Counted from the stretch's first letter, positions 42,655 to 56,079 are shown. The stretch is DNA of 64,000 bases from Octopus vulgaris (GCA_951406725.2 OX597815.1:178188001-178252000); one strand, 5' to 3'. Notes: generated by a model from the letters alone, not told the origin. Program-made: numbers and translations.

Positions 42655-42890
42655 TTTTTTTTTTGTCTTTTACTTCTTTTAGGCATTAGAGACCGACCAT
42701 ACTGGGGCACCTCCTCTCTGAAGAAAATTTCCTTCTTGAAATAATCAACCCCAGGATATTTTTAAGCTTGGTATTCATTCGATAGATTCCTTCTGCCGAA
42801 CCAGCAAGTTACGGGGACGTAAACACACCAACACCGGCTGTTGACCGGTGGTGGAGGACAGACGCAAACTCAAAGACACACACACACGTA
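42655..42890 (-). mobile_element. SINE family A 3' half
   Basis: gccgaacc.gc.aagttacggggacgtaaacacaccaacaccgg. Confidence 0.68.
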
Positions 42891-42918
42891 CATGTTCATA
42901 CATACATACATACATACA

Positions 42919-42954
<36 letters not shown>

Positions 42955-43200
42955 TGTATATATATATATATATATATACTACATTATTACCTCGCTTTCA
43001 TGGCAGTTGGTAGTGGCTGAACAACCTACACGACGTTTCTTATGCTGCATCTTGTTTTTCCAAATAAAAGTTCAGAAAATTTCCCTTTTTTTCCAATTTC
43101 ATAATCAATGTGTTCCTCTGTGTTCTACAAATTTTCTTTGGTAAGCTCCTTCCTCTAAAATACTATAATAGTAATTCTACTGCTGCTAATACTATTGTTG

Positions 43201-43239
<39 letters not shown>

Positions 43240-43250
43240 TGAATAATAAT

Positions 43251-43805
43251 CCTTTCTAATATAGGTACAAGGCCTGAAATTTGGTGGGGTGGGATTGAAT
43301 CGATTACATCGACCCCAGTACGCAACTCGTACTTATTTAATCGACCTCGAAAGGATGAAAGCCAAAGTGGACCTCGGCGGAATTTGAACTCAGAACATAG
43401 CGGCAGACGAACTACCTATTTCTTTACTACCTACAAGGGGGTAAACACACAGAGGACAAACAAGGATAGACCAACAGATTAAGTCGATTACATCGACCCC
43501 GGTGCGTAACTGGTACTTAATTTATCGACCCCGAAAGGATAAAAGGCAAAGTCGACCTCGGCAGAATTTGAACTCAGAACGTAACGGCAGACGAAATACC
43601 TATTTCTTTACTACCCACAAGGGGCTAACCACAGAGAGGACAAACAAGGACAGACAGACGGAATAAGTCGATTATATCGACTCCAGTGCGTAACTAGTAC
43701 TTATTTAATCGATCCCGAAAGGATATAAGGCAACGTCGACCTCGGCGGAATTTGAACTCAGAACTTAAAGGCGTGCTAACGGTTCTGCCAGCTCACCACC
43801 TTACA
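43251..43805 (-). mobile_element. SINE family B trimer with 15-bp TSD
   Basis: TSD actatgaataataat at 43236-43250 and 43806-43820; three ~180-bp bodies head-to-tail. Confidence 0.85.
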
Positions 43806-45109
43806 ACTATGAATAATAATGATGATGGTCATTGTAGATGATTGTTTCTGACCCAGGTACAAATCCAGCAATTATGAGGTGAAGAGAGAAGTCCACACCA
43901 TCAACCTCAGTACTTGACTGGTAAGTAAATAATATTGTCGATCCCAAAGCGTTGAAAAACTAAGTTACCCACTGCAGGAACCGAACTTAAAATTATCAAT
44001 AGTTATTACCATTTTATTTGAGAAAGATTAAGAAATATATATCAATATAACTGTACTTTTGGTCAATCAAATATTTTTTAAATCCAGAAAGAATACTAAA
44101 ATATTTAAAATTGTAATTTTCATCTATTCTCATGAAATGTTGCTCTATAATGTGCTTCAAATTCACAATCAAATTGCTGTAAGATTTTTTTTTATTTCTT
44201 TTGAATTCACTGTGACATCTACTTCCTGTCTCCTGCTTTGAAATAATTCAGTTCTTTGTAACTTCCAGGCGTACAACGGAAATTATTCACCAGAAATAAA
44301 TCATTCGGAATTGCATACATTATCATACCATGTTTTCTCCTTGGTTTTAATGGCAACGACCGCTTTTCATATCTTTTGTCTAACATTTTCTACTTACCAA
44401 AATATTTTGCTCTCATTCTGGTCCAATTATTTTCACGGTCTAAAATCTTGTAGCAGATTTAAAACAACGATACTTCTTAAAATGTTTCAGAAGCACTTAG
44501 TCACATGTGTAAATAAGTGATAGCTTTCTGTATGTGATCGATAGAAAAGCTAGAAATGATATCCAAATTGCCGTCGGACATATTAAAAAAGGTTACATTG
44601 AAAAATGATATGAGAATCATAGATGGAAGGCCTTTTTTTGCTTGTATATTTATTGAGAACTGACACGAAGTTAAATAATAACATAGCTACACATTCCACA
44701 TTGCTTCGATTAAGCACAATTATATTTTAGGGTCTCGTATCTTGGGTTTCTTTGCTGGTAACTTCCTCAGTAATAGATTTTAAATGACATTTTTGCAGAG
44801 ATACGTTCTTGAAGGTAGAACTCAGGCATGGATAAAATCGTTCATGAAGTGGGTCACATGTAACGCAGCTCATTATCAGGTGAGGTGCATACTAAAAAAG
44901 AAATTGAAGTTAATTTTTCGTTAGACGTGCTAACCGGAAAGTCCGTCGGGACGCCGACTGCTATATCAATTATGATACGTTTATATTCAGTTTGCCAGCC
45001 AACGTTTCCTTTCCTTACGGTTGCCAGTCCAATAACACATACGCACATCTGTATGTGTGTGTATGTGTATGTGTGTGTGTATATGTATATATATGTGTGT
45101 GTGTACGGA

Positions 45110-45530
45110 GTGACGCAGAAAGATGGATAATTTACAAAACACAAACTAAATGGATCTGTTCGTTTGTCATGCGATATTTGAGAGCCATTTTGAACATGAA
45201 ATGTTCTCAAACACTAAAGTCATGAAAAAGACTGGCTTTCAACCGATGCACCGTTAATTCATGGATAGAAAATTCCGTCGGACACACCATTTTGCGGGTC
45301 TTGGCGATGATAGGCACCAAAAGAAAGCCTGTTGCGTCAAATGACAGATGGCTATCAAAACATTGGTAGAATTGAACTGAGAATGAAAGACGCTGCCGAG
45401 AAGATCTTAAAAGATCTGTTAATTCCCAATAATACCTGGTACCAGCCAACCAGTGATCGCTCAATTTGGAGAAGACTAATTCATAAATCACCACATGTTC
45501 ACCCATGGATTGAGTTCTGTCATTAAAAAC
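45110..45530 (+). mobile_element. Decayed RTE LINE C-terminal fragment
   Basis: LRMKDAAEKILKDLLIPNNTWYQPTSDRSIWRRLIH resembles the RTE motif RxKDxxKxxLKxxxIxxxxWExxAxDRxxWR. Confidence 0.55.
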
Positions 45531-47825
45531 ATCACCGAGCCATTTTATTACAAAGTCTCTCACTATTTCGCTACAATGAATAGGAAACTACGTCGTGTTG
45601 CAACCCACAGCTGTCCGTCTCATAGCAACCGCCACAAAGCTGTTCCATTAAAGTCAATACATTTATGTCTCCACAGCAACTACTTGCATCTCATATCTGC
45701 AACATGCGCTTCAGAAATTATTAAAAGATTTAAAATTATCATCCAGTTTTTTATTTATATATTTATTTACTTTCCGTCATATATTTAATACGCTTTATTA
45801 ATTTATCTCGGTCCATTTCATAATTAATTCATTCATAAGTTTCGACTGTGTTTTATAAACTAGTTAATGACTCACCGAGCAGTGTTTTCTGAAGCACTCA
45901 ATACGTTACATTTACGTATACATATTCATTTGTAAAAAAAAAAAAATGATATATAAATATGCGTGTAAACAGATCCGTATTCAAACACAGACACAGATAC
46001 ACACATATACTAATATTTCCGTGTATATAAAGTTATATATATATAAGCAATTAAACATTAAAAATAAAGGATCGATCAATAACTTTGAATAGAATACAAT
46101 ATTTATTGATTTTTCAAGGAAAACATCCTCAGTAATTTCTGTTTGCTAGCTTTCATCAGTTCGTGGTTTTATGTATGAGCACCTGAGAAGTTAACACTTC
46201 AAATCGGTGGGGTTTTTTCTCCTTTCCTTTGGATATGTTACGTCGAATACTACACAGTTCTGTTTTTCTACTTTTTCTCATCAACGACTACAATACTCAA
46301 TCTGTTGTGTCCCGTTATTCTTTCGGTTTGTGTATGAAATTCGCAAAACAACCTCATTTCATTGTTTTCGAAGACTAGCCTTTCTATTGCCACAAAGAGG
46401 TTACAGACTTTACGTGTTTATGGAAAACGAAATTTCCAGTAAAGTTTCCAGAATATTGTGTCAGCAATTTACCCATGCTTATACTTTTGGTATTGATTCC
46501 GAACACAATTGTGAATTGATTGTCTGAAATGCAATGAGATATGATATTTGGGCAAACAATCTTGTTACTCTATCGTTCTCTTGATCCAGTTTACCTTTAA
46601 TGCTTGTTCCTGCGTTGCTCTTCCCGTTTTTACCGTCCATTATCTTTTTCGTGTTTTTGAAAAACCATGGAGTGAATCTACTTTTCTTAAAAGTTTAATT
46701 TCCTCTTTTCCACATTTTTCTATTTTCCATTTTTGTGTTCTGCACATTCTGCCACTTATTACCGTCACTTATTATGCCACTTATTACCCCCGTTAGACTT
46801 GTTTCTTCATTTTTTTTCTAGATAAGAGCATAGACTTGTCTTCTTTTTCTCTGCTCCCACACTGACGCTCATCACCCTCTTTCTGCTATTTTATCCGTGT
46901 AACCGGTTCACATCGTCAGATTGTGGTTAAATTTGGTTTTCAAGCCTTATAGTGTATATGGAAGAAATGGAACAATGATGATGAAAATTAAGTGTGATGC
47001 AAGTGAATCTACAAGCAAAAGGACTGATTGTGTGGGAAGAGAATTTGTAAAAGAATAGGAAGGAGCGGTAGAAAGGTATTTTTGGTTTGATGTAGAATGT
47101 TTGCCATTGTTTGTGTTTAGACTCGTAAATAAAGCTTGTACATAAACGAGTTCACCACGTCCTTCACGACTGATGACCACATCCGACGGTTTGGTCGTTC
47201 AGTTTCATCGGGAATACAAGTTCACATGCGGTCACTCGTCATATACATAGTGTGACCCATAGCGGCTCATATTGTCGTCGATCGTCGACCGTCACAGAGG
47301 ATTCGTGGGTCAAATCACCACCGATTGTCAGACGGGTTTGGTGCGGGTTCTAGTAACATGCTTTAAAAACACTGCCTCACTTACAGCGGTCTCCCAGCCC
47401 TTTGGACACCAACCCAGATTTTCCGAGGGCCAGTACTAAGTATAGAATAGCGTTAGAAGAAACTTCTTGTGTACTTGTTTATATGGCGATGTGTCCCATT
47501 CAGGTGTCAATTTGTTTTGGTTGAATGTATTTATGTGAGTGTGCGCTGGATGTGCGTGTGTGTGTCTGTGTGTTACTGTATAGTATCATGTAATCATATG
47601 TACGCACGTGGTTGGGCGTCTGCGCATTATTTCAGTGAATATATGCTGTTGGGTTTCTGCCGATGCTTTTTTTATGCATCTGTGGGCGTATCTATGTACA
47701 TCTCGTGCGTGTGTTAGAGTGCGACATTAGTGTAAGAGAAATATCTGCAGGAGTTTGTCTGTATACTTGTCGGAATGCCTTTATATTGAAAGGAACGTAC
47801 GTGCGAGAGGGGGGAGGTCGGTGTA

Positions 47826-48041
47826 TTGTAATCTCTCGACCATTGCGGGTGTTACGTTCCAACCCCCACCCCGCGATAGGTGAAAATCCGCGAAGTAGAA
47901 AGAGTTCCGTACAGTATATCTTATTATTTTTATAGTTTTTACATATTATATTACAAATGCAAAACAAGAGTACAGAGGAATCGACGTACGCTTAAATAAT
48001 AAACCACAATAGGTGAACCGCAATATGGCGACGGATTACTG
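47826..48041. mobile_element. pogo/Tigger-type MITE
   Basis: Imperfect TIRs (ttgtaatctctcgaccattgcgg / ccgcaatatggcgacggattactg), TA on the left, repeated subterminal cc.c.ataggtgaa motif. Confidence 0.65.
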
Positions 48042-48159
48042 TGTATGCGTTTGCGTGTTCGTATATCTTTGCAGGTTTCGGGATTAAATGAGTGCTTGCT
48101 GTTATATTGGGCGTTTTTGTTATGTGTTGTTTAAGTACGTTGATGTTATATTCTAAGTG

Positions 48160-48375
48160 TAAGGCGGCGAGCTGGCAGGAACGTTAGCACGCCGGGCGAA
48201 ATGCTTAGCGGTATTTCGTCTGTCTTTACGTTCTGAGTTCAAATTCTGCCGAGGTCGACTTTGCCTTTCATCCTTTCGGAGTCGATAAATTAAGTACCAG
48301 TTACGCACTGGGGTCGATGTAATAGATTCATTACCTTCCCCAAATTTTTCAGTCCTTGTGCCTAGAGAAGAAAAG
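48160..48375 (+). mobile_element. SINE family B, full length
   Basis: aaggcggcgagctggcag...ttctgagttcaaattc.gccgaggtcgactttgcctttcatcctttcgg.gtcgataaattaagtaccag. Confidence 0.85.
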
Positions 48376-48469
48376 GTTAAATTCCGAGTGTGCATGCGCA
48401 ATGGTGTAAATGTAAGCGGGTTGCGTTCTATAATATAGCTAATATGTGCTTATCAGGGTGTGTGTGTGC

Positions 48470-48664
48470 GCGCGCGCACCTCCATTTCTTCCAGCCTCTC
48501 CTTTCAAACTATTTTTTGACCGCTAGGTTTTTTTTTTTTTCATTATCTCTCTATTTTCTCTTACTCTTTTCTGTAGGCTCGAAACGTAGAGGACGTTTTT
48601 CTTTTCCCAAGCGTCAAACCAATAAACCTGCTCGTTCTGCGTCTTTTGTTTTTCTATAAATTTC

Positions 48665-48667
<3 letters not shown>
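48470..48667 (+). mobile_element. Variant-hammerhead short repeat with a 10-nt deletion in the motif
   Basis: tctttt-CTGTAG-GCTC-GAAACGTA-gagga (48565-48593); family tail; ends at (TA)n. Confidence 0.68.
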
Positions 48668-48747
<80 letters not shown>

Positions 48748-48940
48748 CATAGTAAAAAGGGTAATAAAATAAATAATTATTACCAGTGAACTAGCACAAA
48801 AGACAAATTAGTCATTAGACTATATGTTATTCATATATAAGTACATTAAAAGGCGTCTAAAAGAAGAAGCAAGTACTAGATACACAAAAAGAGGATAAAT
48901 TCATGAAATGAAAATCAAAAACGTTTACAAACTCACCTCA

Positions 48941-49015
48941 TCTTGTACTGCAGTTTCGTCTTTTTTTTAGCAGATGAATATAATTTATCTGCCAAGGCTA
49001 GACTCTTCAGCAAAA
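48941..49015 (-). ncRNA. Type I hammerhead ribozyme with extended stem II, intact core, within microsatellite-flanked insert 48745-49037
   Basis: Minus: TTTTG-CTGAAGA-GTCT-agcc-TTGGCAGATAAAT-tat-ATTCATCTGCTAA-aaaaa-AGAC-GAAAC-TGCA-GTA-CAAGA; palindromic ACTGCAGT. Confidence 0.85.
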
Positions 49016-49062
49016 ATCCTTTGTTATCCTAGAAGTACATATATATATATATATACACACAC

Positions 49063-49127
<65 letters not shown>

Positions 49128-49129
49128 TG

Positions 49130-49155
<26 letters not shown>

Positions 49156-49162
<7 letters not shown>

Positions 49163-49324
49163 TATTAAATTTCTAAATGTCTCAAAGAGACATGAGCGGT
49201 GGTGGAGCGATAGAGTGGTTGTATACTGTCAATATAACGTGACAGTCCCCCTTCCTAGGGCTAAACAGCGATGGTGTAATTCCCATACGGGACTGTCACG
49301 TTATGTTGACAGTATACAACCACT
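49156..49324. repeat. TA-embedded insert with a 36-bp inverted repeat (49214-49249 / 49289-49324)
   Basis: agtggttgtatactgtcaatataacgtgacagtccc / gggactgtcacgttatgttgacagtatacaaccact, one mismatch. Confidence 0.85.
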
Positions 49325-49348
49325 ATATATATATATATAGATATATAT

Positions 49349-49607
<259 letters not shown>

Positions 49608-49689
49608 GGTCCCGGTTGATTCGGGGTTAACCACAGTAAATAAGGTACTCAATACATAGCAGAGTAAAATTAATTTATTATATAGAAGG

Positions 49690-49740
49690 AGCTTCTACAG
49701 GACTAGAACTGTTTCATTCAAGAGAAATCTTCAGGAAGCT
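49690..49740 (-). ncRNA. Type I hammerhead ribozyme with a closable stem III, within TA-abutting element 49606-~49980
   Basis: Minus: AGCTTC-CTGAAGA-t-TTC-tctt-GAA-t-GAAAC-AG-ttctagtc-CT-GTA-GAAGCT. Confidence 0.85.
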
Positions 49741-49979
49741 AGTTAACAAGAATTGTATTGGCATTTATACATTTAGGCAGGTTTAAAGGGGTGTTGGTGG
49801 GGGACTTTTTGGGGGTAGGCATAGCGCAAAATATCATACTTGGGGGAGTGGTCAAGGAGTCAGTGTTAAATTAGATAGAAGAATAAATAAAAAAATTAAA
49901 AAATTAAAAAATTAAAAAATCTATATATAAAAAAAAGGGGAATAGAGTTTTAGGTAAATAAGGAGATTCTCACTTATAC

Positions 49980-50338
49980 CTATGCACACATGTATACATA
50001 CACACACATACAAACATATATACATATACATACACACATACATACACACACATATATATACATATATATACACTTACACATACATATACATATCTACACA
50101 TACACATATATGTATACATACACACACTCACATGCATACACGTATACACACATGTATATATACACACACGACCACACATACATATACGCACAGAAAAATA
50201 TATATACACATACACACACATACTCACATACACGCATACACACACATATCCACACAAACACATGCACACACAGCACACTAGTCCCTATATACACATATAT
50301 ACACATACACACACATATACACACACATACATACATAT

Positions 50339-50384
<46 letters not shown>

Positions 50385-50791
50385 GTGTACCTATGCATAC
50401 CTACACATACACACATATATATACACATACAAATACAGACCCATTCCCTAATTTTAATTTTATTATCTTCGTTTATTACTTTTGTTATCTTTGGCCGCTT
50501 GGTCACAAACATCTTGGCTATGACAGCCAGTCCATTTATCTGTCTACTGGAAAACAAGCACTCATTCACTCACGCACACTCTTTAGCACGTACACTCACT
50601 CATTCGTACACTCATACACATACACGCACGCACGCGTTATATTCATACATACATACATCTACATACATTCACGTATATACACATACGTACGCGTACCTAC
50701 AGATTCATGTCTACACTCTTAGAAGGCTAGTCTATATATATACACCAATAAATATAAATACACACACATACATATACACCTACATACAAAT

Positions 50792-50836
<45 letters not shown>

Positions 50837-50849
50837 CATATATATACAC

Positions 50850-50882
<33 letters not shown>

Positions 50883-51036
50883 TACGCATACACACACATA
50901 TACATATATATACACACATACACATACATACATATACACACATACACATACATACGTATACATACATACATACATCCATACATCCATACATACATACATT
51001 TATACACATACACACACCCACATACATACATATATA

Positions 51037-51076
<40 letters not shown>

Positions 51077-51465
51077 TACACACACATACATATACATACA
51101 TACATATACAAATATACGCACACACATACATACATACTCATATACTCATACACGCACATACACATGTACATGCGTACCCATACACACACACACACACGCG
51201 CGCATCCATATATACACATAAGTACACACATGCGTAAAAGTATACATATATCTATGCTTACACATACACACACACACACGCACCTCCTTATATTCATACT
51301 TACATGCATACTCAAAAAATAAGTAAATAGTAAAATATATATACGCGCAGTTATTCATACATGCATACTCAAAAAATAAATAATAAATATTAAGTATATG
51401 TACGTGCAGTTACCTATTATATAGACGGATACATACATATAAACTTACACACATATATATATATA
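49980..51465. repeat. Degenerate (CA/TA)n low-complexity tract
   Basis: Directly visible. Confidence 0.9.
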
Positions 51466-51656
51466 TATCGTAGTGGATATCTTAATTATATTTAATCCAT
51501 ATAAAAAATTTTACGTATTGGATTAAGTCTTTCTTTGTTTGATTTGCATAATAGTGGTTTTGTCTCTAATTAATATTATATTATATTTTACTATAAAATT
51601 GGATTCAACCCTAAATCTGATTTTTCTCTGTAAATTTGGATTTATTCCCTAATATT

Positions 51657-51694
<38 letters not shown>

Positions 51695-51834
51695 TATATA
51701 TGTATATATATATAAATGTATACATATATGTATATATATATATATACATATATATGTACACATATTTATATATATATACATATATGTAAACATTTATATA
51801 TATACATATATATGTATATATATATATATATGTT

Positions 51835-51985
51835 TGTGTGCTAAGAAGCTTGCATCTCAACCACGTGGTTCCAGGTTCAGTCCCACTGTGTGGCACCTTG
51901 GGCAAGCGTTTTCTACTATGGACAATAGCTGACCAAATCCTTGTGATTGGATGTAGTAGACGGAAACTGAAAGAAGCCTGTTGTA
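51835..51985 (+). mobile_element. SINE family A 5' half
   Basis: taagaagcttgc...ggttcagtcccactg.gtggcaccttgggcaag...gtagacggaaactgaaagaagcc. Confidence 0.8.
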
Positions 51986-52067
51986 CATACATACATGCAT
52001 ATATATATATATATACACACACACACATACATGTTTATATTTATATATATATATATACGTATGTGTT

Positions 52068-52128
<61 letters not shown>

Positions 52129-52538
52129 GTTTATATATAAATACATATACATATATACATATCCATGTTCGTATATGTGTGTGAGTGTGTGTGTGTGTAT
52201 GTGTGTGGAAAGCCGAAGCTACACATGTATACAATTCACTTTATGTTTGAAGTGAAATTTCTCTCCCCAACGACTTGGATGTGTGCTTATAATTAGATTC
52301 AGTGAAATCCTGTGTTCCGTAATTCTTTCTATGTTTTCAAACCAATAGTGTTAAATTTACCTTGACAGTGGCTTCGAGAACATAAATATATCAGTAACCT
52401 ATTTGCGTCTACTGAATCAGACATTTTCTTTGCCTAAATATGCGTCCTTCACTAAAACCAAAATTACATGATCAAATAGCATAATACGCAAGATCTAAAC
52501 GGCCTTCGTACGGAATTTGGCAATTTTTTAATGATATC

Positions 52539-52989
52539 AGCATAATTAAATCTCAGAATGAGATTGAAACAGTAATCGCTCGATAATGTAAAGTATAGAA
52601 GCCATCTTATCATGGCTAACCACATTGGGGAGGGGGTGTTACTGTAGCTTTATAGCCCCAAGAGATCTTCGTCTCTAGCTGGCTTTAGACACAATATCTG
52701 TGTCCTTGGAGTATTTGCAAAGGGAGGCCATCCCTTCCTCGCAAGCCTGAGTGATACGCTCGAACTAATTTCGGGATTGTTGTCCCTCGTCAACGGGCGG
52801 TAACCACCAGGTAGCGATGAAAGTGAAGGCTCCTTTGCAAATATATATAAGTTTTTCTAATGGCGTCTGCCACTGATGTCGAAAAACGAACAGTAAGCAT
52901 AATTAAATCTCAGAATGAGATTGAAACAGTAATCGCTCGATAATGTAAAGTATAGAAGCCATCTTATCATGGCTAACCACATTGGGGAG
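52539..52989 (-). mobile_element. Hammerhead-bearing repeat, copy 2, with a ~94-bp direct repeat (52539-52632 / 52896-52989)
   Basis: agcataattaaatctcagaatgag...ggctaaccacattggggag is duplicated; interior homologous to 38-300. Confidence 0.75.
52757..52799 (-). ncRNA. Degenerate type I hammerhead (homologue of 179-223)
   Basis: CGCCCG-tTGACGA-GGGA-caacaa-TCCC-GAAA-ttag-TT-CGAGCG; C3U change. Confidence 0.6.
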
Positions 52990-53059
52990 ATATCGTTTTC
53001 CAGAAATAGCTTGATACAAATGGCGTTTGAGAGCATAAAGACTAAAGTTCGCGCATATT

Positions 53060-53370
53060 AGAAGGGGGTTAACTGTACACAGGATGGTTATTGCCGGGTA
53101 CCAAAGTGACGACATCATGAGTGCTGCTCAATTCTCTGTGAACTCTGTAAAGGCTCTAATACATGACATGGACAGCTGCAACGGAATCTACGAAAAGGCA
53201 GCCAACTGGAAGATACATAGCAGGAGTTTCGACTGAGTCTGCACGCCGGAATTCACCCCCACATCTTTGAACAGAGCCTAAGGTCGAATTCAGACGGTTA
53301 TATGACGGTGCTGCAGATTGTGATCAATCCCTGACTGGAGATTGGTTGCTACTGGAAAGCCATACGTGTG
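53060..53370 (+). mobile_element. Possible highly decayed L1/Tx1 RT fragment
   Basis: IAGYQSDDI...IYEKAANWKIH loosely resembles YADD...YE...GAKIN; weak. Confidence 0.25.
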
Positions 53371-53779
53371 GCAATAGATTTCAAAACTTTGCTGTACTTT
53401 CGGAAAAAGTGTGGCTGTCGGAGAAGTTCTACGACTTTGCTAGCTCCAATTTCTGACCTCCTGACTCCTGTTATTTTATTCCCATGGATTACAAGTGATT
53501 TTTTCTTAATTACTTTTATTTTCGTATGGAATATTCTTTCCTTTTCCTTACATGCAGAATGTCAAATTTAGCCCGAATACCCTGTGAATGTGAAACGTGT
53601 CCCAGAAATAGATGTTTGAAATTGAGGCTCTGTTGATGTGCATCTGTTTCTGCTGATCGACTTCAATATGTGGGACACACAGTTGTAATCACCAGACAAA
53701 AAAGTATTGGACTGAATTGGACTTATTTACACTTGTGTCCAAATCTTTCGACAGCCTCTTGCAAAGGTATGGTTTGATA

Positions 53780-53823
<44 letters not shown>

Positions 53824-54494
53824 AGAGAGAGACCGAGAGAGAGAGAGTGTGTGTGAAAGAGAGAGAAAGTGATGTCTAATGATGAACAGACATTTATAAC
53901 ATCGAGAAACCAGTCGGTGAAACGCCTGGAAACGCTTTTCAGTAAATGGGTAACATTCTTCTGTCGATAAATATGTGCCTGACACCGTACAACTCTTCAC
54001 GTGAGTGTGTGTCTAATACTGTTATAATGAATGGATGTCTAGTGCTGTTAGAATGAATGTATGTCTAATGCTGTTAGTGGTCTATCGAACTTTATACGTC
54101 ACGTGAATTGAAAAGATAATATCTTTGTCCTAGCCAAGTAAGCCAAGTAAGAAATTTCCGAGTTCATTTCCTTCTCTTGAGTTTCATCCAGTTTCTTTTT
54201 ACTGAACCCGGCTCGAAGTATTCTTTTATTTCTCGCAGTTCTCCATTTACAATGCATCTCTCAAAGTGACTTGTGACAACGCATGTATTCTCCCCGGAGT
54301 TTGATGTCGAGCAATTTCTCTGTATCGTAGATTTAGAATTCAGTTTGTATACTTGAAAAGCCATCATTTCACCTCTACATACTTCCGCTCTCATTTTTCT
54401 CTTCGCCGTTATCCTCACTAATTCACATACTTTGTTTATTTCTGTCCCCTTTCTATCTACCTATCTTTCATTGTCTATATATTTAGTACCCACT

Positions 54495-54681
54495 GGATGG
54501 AAGCACTCCGTCGGTTACGACGATGAGGGTTCCGGTTGATCCGATCAATGGAACAGCCTGCTCGTGAAATTAACGTATAAGTAGCTGAGCACTCCACAGA
54601 CACGTGTACCCTTAACGTAGTTCTCGGGGATATTCAGCGTGACACAGAGAGTGACAAGGCCGGCCCTTTGAAATACAGGTT
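54495..54681 (-). mobile_element. Truncated SINE tail with 9-bp TSD
   Basis: TSD gtacccact at 54486-54494 and 54682-54690; homologous to 34255-34420. Confidence 0.75.
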
Positions 54682-55448
54682 GTACCCACTATTTATTTCT
54701 CAATCATGATATATGACTGTCATTTCTAGTATTTGTCAGCCCCTCCCCCCATCACAAACACACACACAATGTGTTTGATATCATATGTTATACTTTGTCT
54801 ATTACAATTATTATCTCTGTTACTCGTTTGGTCTCGGTTCGTTTGTCATTTAATCACGTTACCTACCCACTTCCGCTTCTTTATTACCGAATTTCTTTTC
54901 GAATCTATATTTCATTGTCTGCTCACAGTACTACTTGTCTTACATGCGTCCCAGTGGCAGGTTATTTCTATCTTACTTTCACCCTCCCATTCTAGTTGTC
55001 TATCCATTTGACTATACACCCGACGCACTTCATAAATTTTACTTACTTTCACTTTCCCTTCTGTTTCATCACAGCTCCTGCTTTCCCTTTCCATGTTACT
55101 TATGACATCACGCTTTCTACTCCTCCAGTATATAATTAGTTTCCTCTACTTCTTTCCTCCTTTTTCTCTCAAATTTGATTAGTCACCCCTCCTCTTATTT
55201 TCTCCCTTCTACCCCTTCCTGCATTTTACAGTTTGCTTGGCAGCCTCCCTTGATATTCTGGTCCTTTATTATATGCTTATCTCTTTCATACAACTCTAAT
55301 TTCCAATGTATGTATTTACCTTATCCGCCTCTCTACATAATATAGCTTTTCTCTCCTTCTCACTTGCCACACTAGTCAGTGATTTTCTCATTGCGCGTAA
55401 CAGAAAAAGGAAAACCGCCAATAATAAGACATGCGATAGGGCCCTTTT

Positions 55449-55506
<58 letters not shown>

Positions 55507-55523
55507 TAATAATGATAATAATA

Positions 55524-56079
55524 AATGCCCTGATGCAGTATCAGGCAGTGGCTCTCGTGGCTTCTGATCTTAACTGACTGGAAGTGTTATCATGTACATT
55601 GTTTCGCCTTGGTATAAAAGATGGGCTACCTCAAATATTCTGCTCAATACCACAGATTTGCTTGTCAGTTGTTTGACCTTAACCAGTTGAGCATGTCCCT
55701 TAGTGGCTGACGATATGTGCATCTCTGATCACGAGCGGAAATAGTGTGGGAACACCATAGCTATGTATTGGGAGGTATTTTTTGCGTTTGGATAATTCAC
55801 CCTGGGAAATATGGGTGTTTTGTCCAACATTCTTAAACAACCCATATTCAGGGACCTTTTGAGCGGGATGGGCTACTCGACCTGATGAAAATTGTAACTG
55901 GGTCCCACCTGCAAGGGCATGCGTTGTTTATCTTCATATGATATCACCATGTAGTGCACATATGGTTGTAATGCATGTGCCTAGTGTACCCTTATCAGAC
56001 GAGTAGTCATGGTGGGCATACTGGGTGTCATATAGTTTACTGCAGTGTCACTTTGATGGCATGCACTGCTTTCTCACTC
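55524..56079. mobile_element. ~555-bp non-coding element embedded in (TAA)n, probably a non-autonomous R4/Dong-type derivative
   Basis: GC-richer block bounded on both sides by (AAT)n, adjacent to a Dong fragment; no ORF. Confidence 0.5.

Noticed and set aside
43251-43805. Regularly spaced repeats suggesting a CRISPR-like array
   Set aside because: Units are wholly homologous SINE bodies with no unique spacers, in eukaryotic DNA.
44740-47200. Isolated CUGANGA matches at ~44765, ~46153 and ~47170
   Set aside because: Stem II/GAAA/stem I do not all form; expected by chance.
48160-48250. tRNA-like A/B boxes in SINE heads
   Set aside because: They continue into SINE bodies and no complete cloverleaf is evident; not called as tRNA genes.
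51468-51660. AT-rich TA-flanked insert beginning cGTAgtgg, possibly just downstream of a hammerhead site
   Set aside because: No core or second copy visible; the link is speculative.
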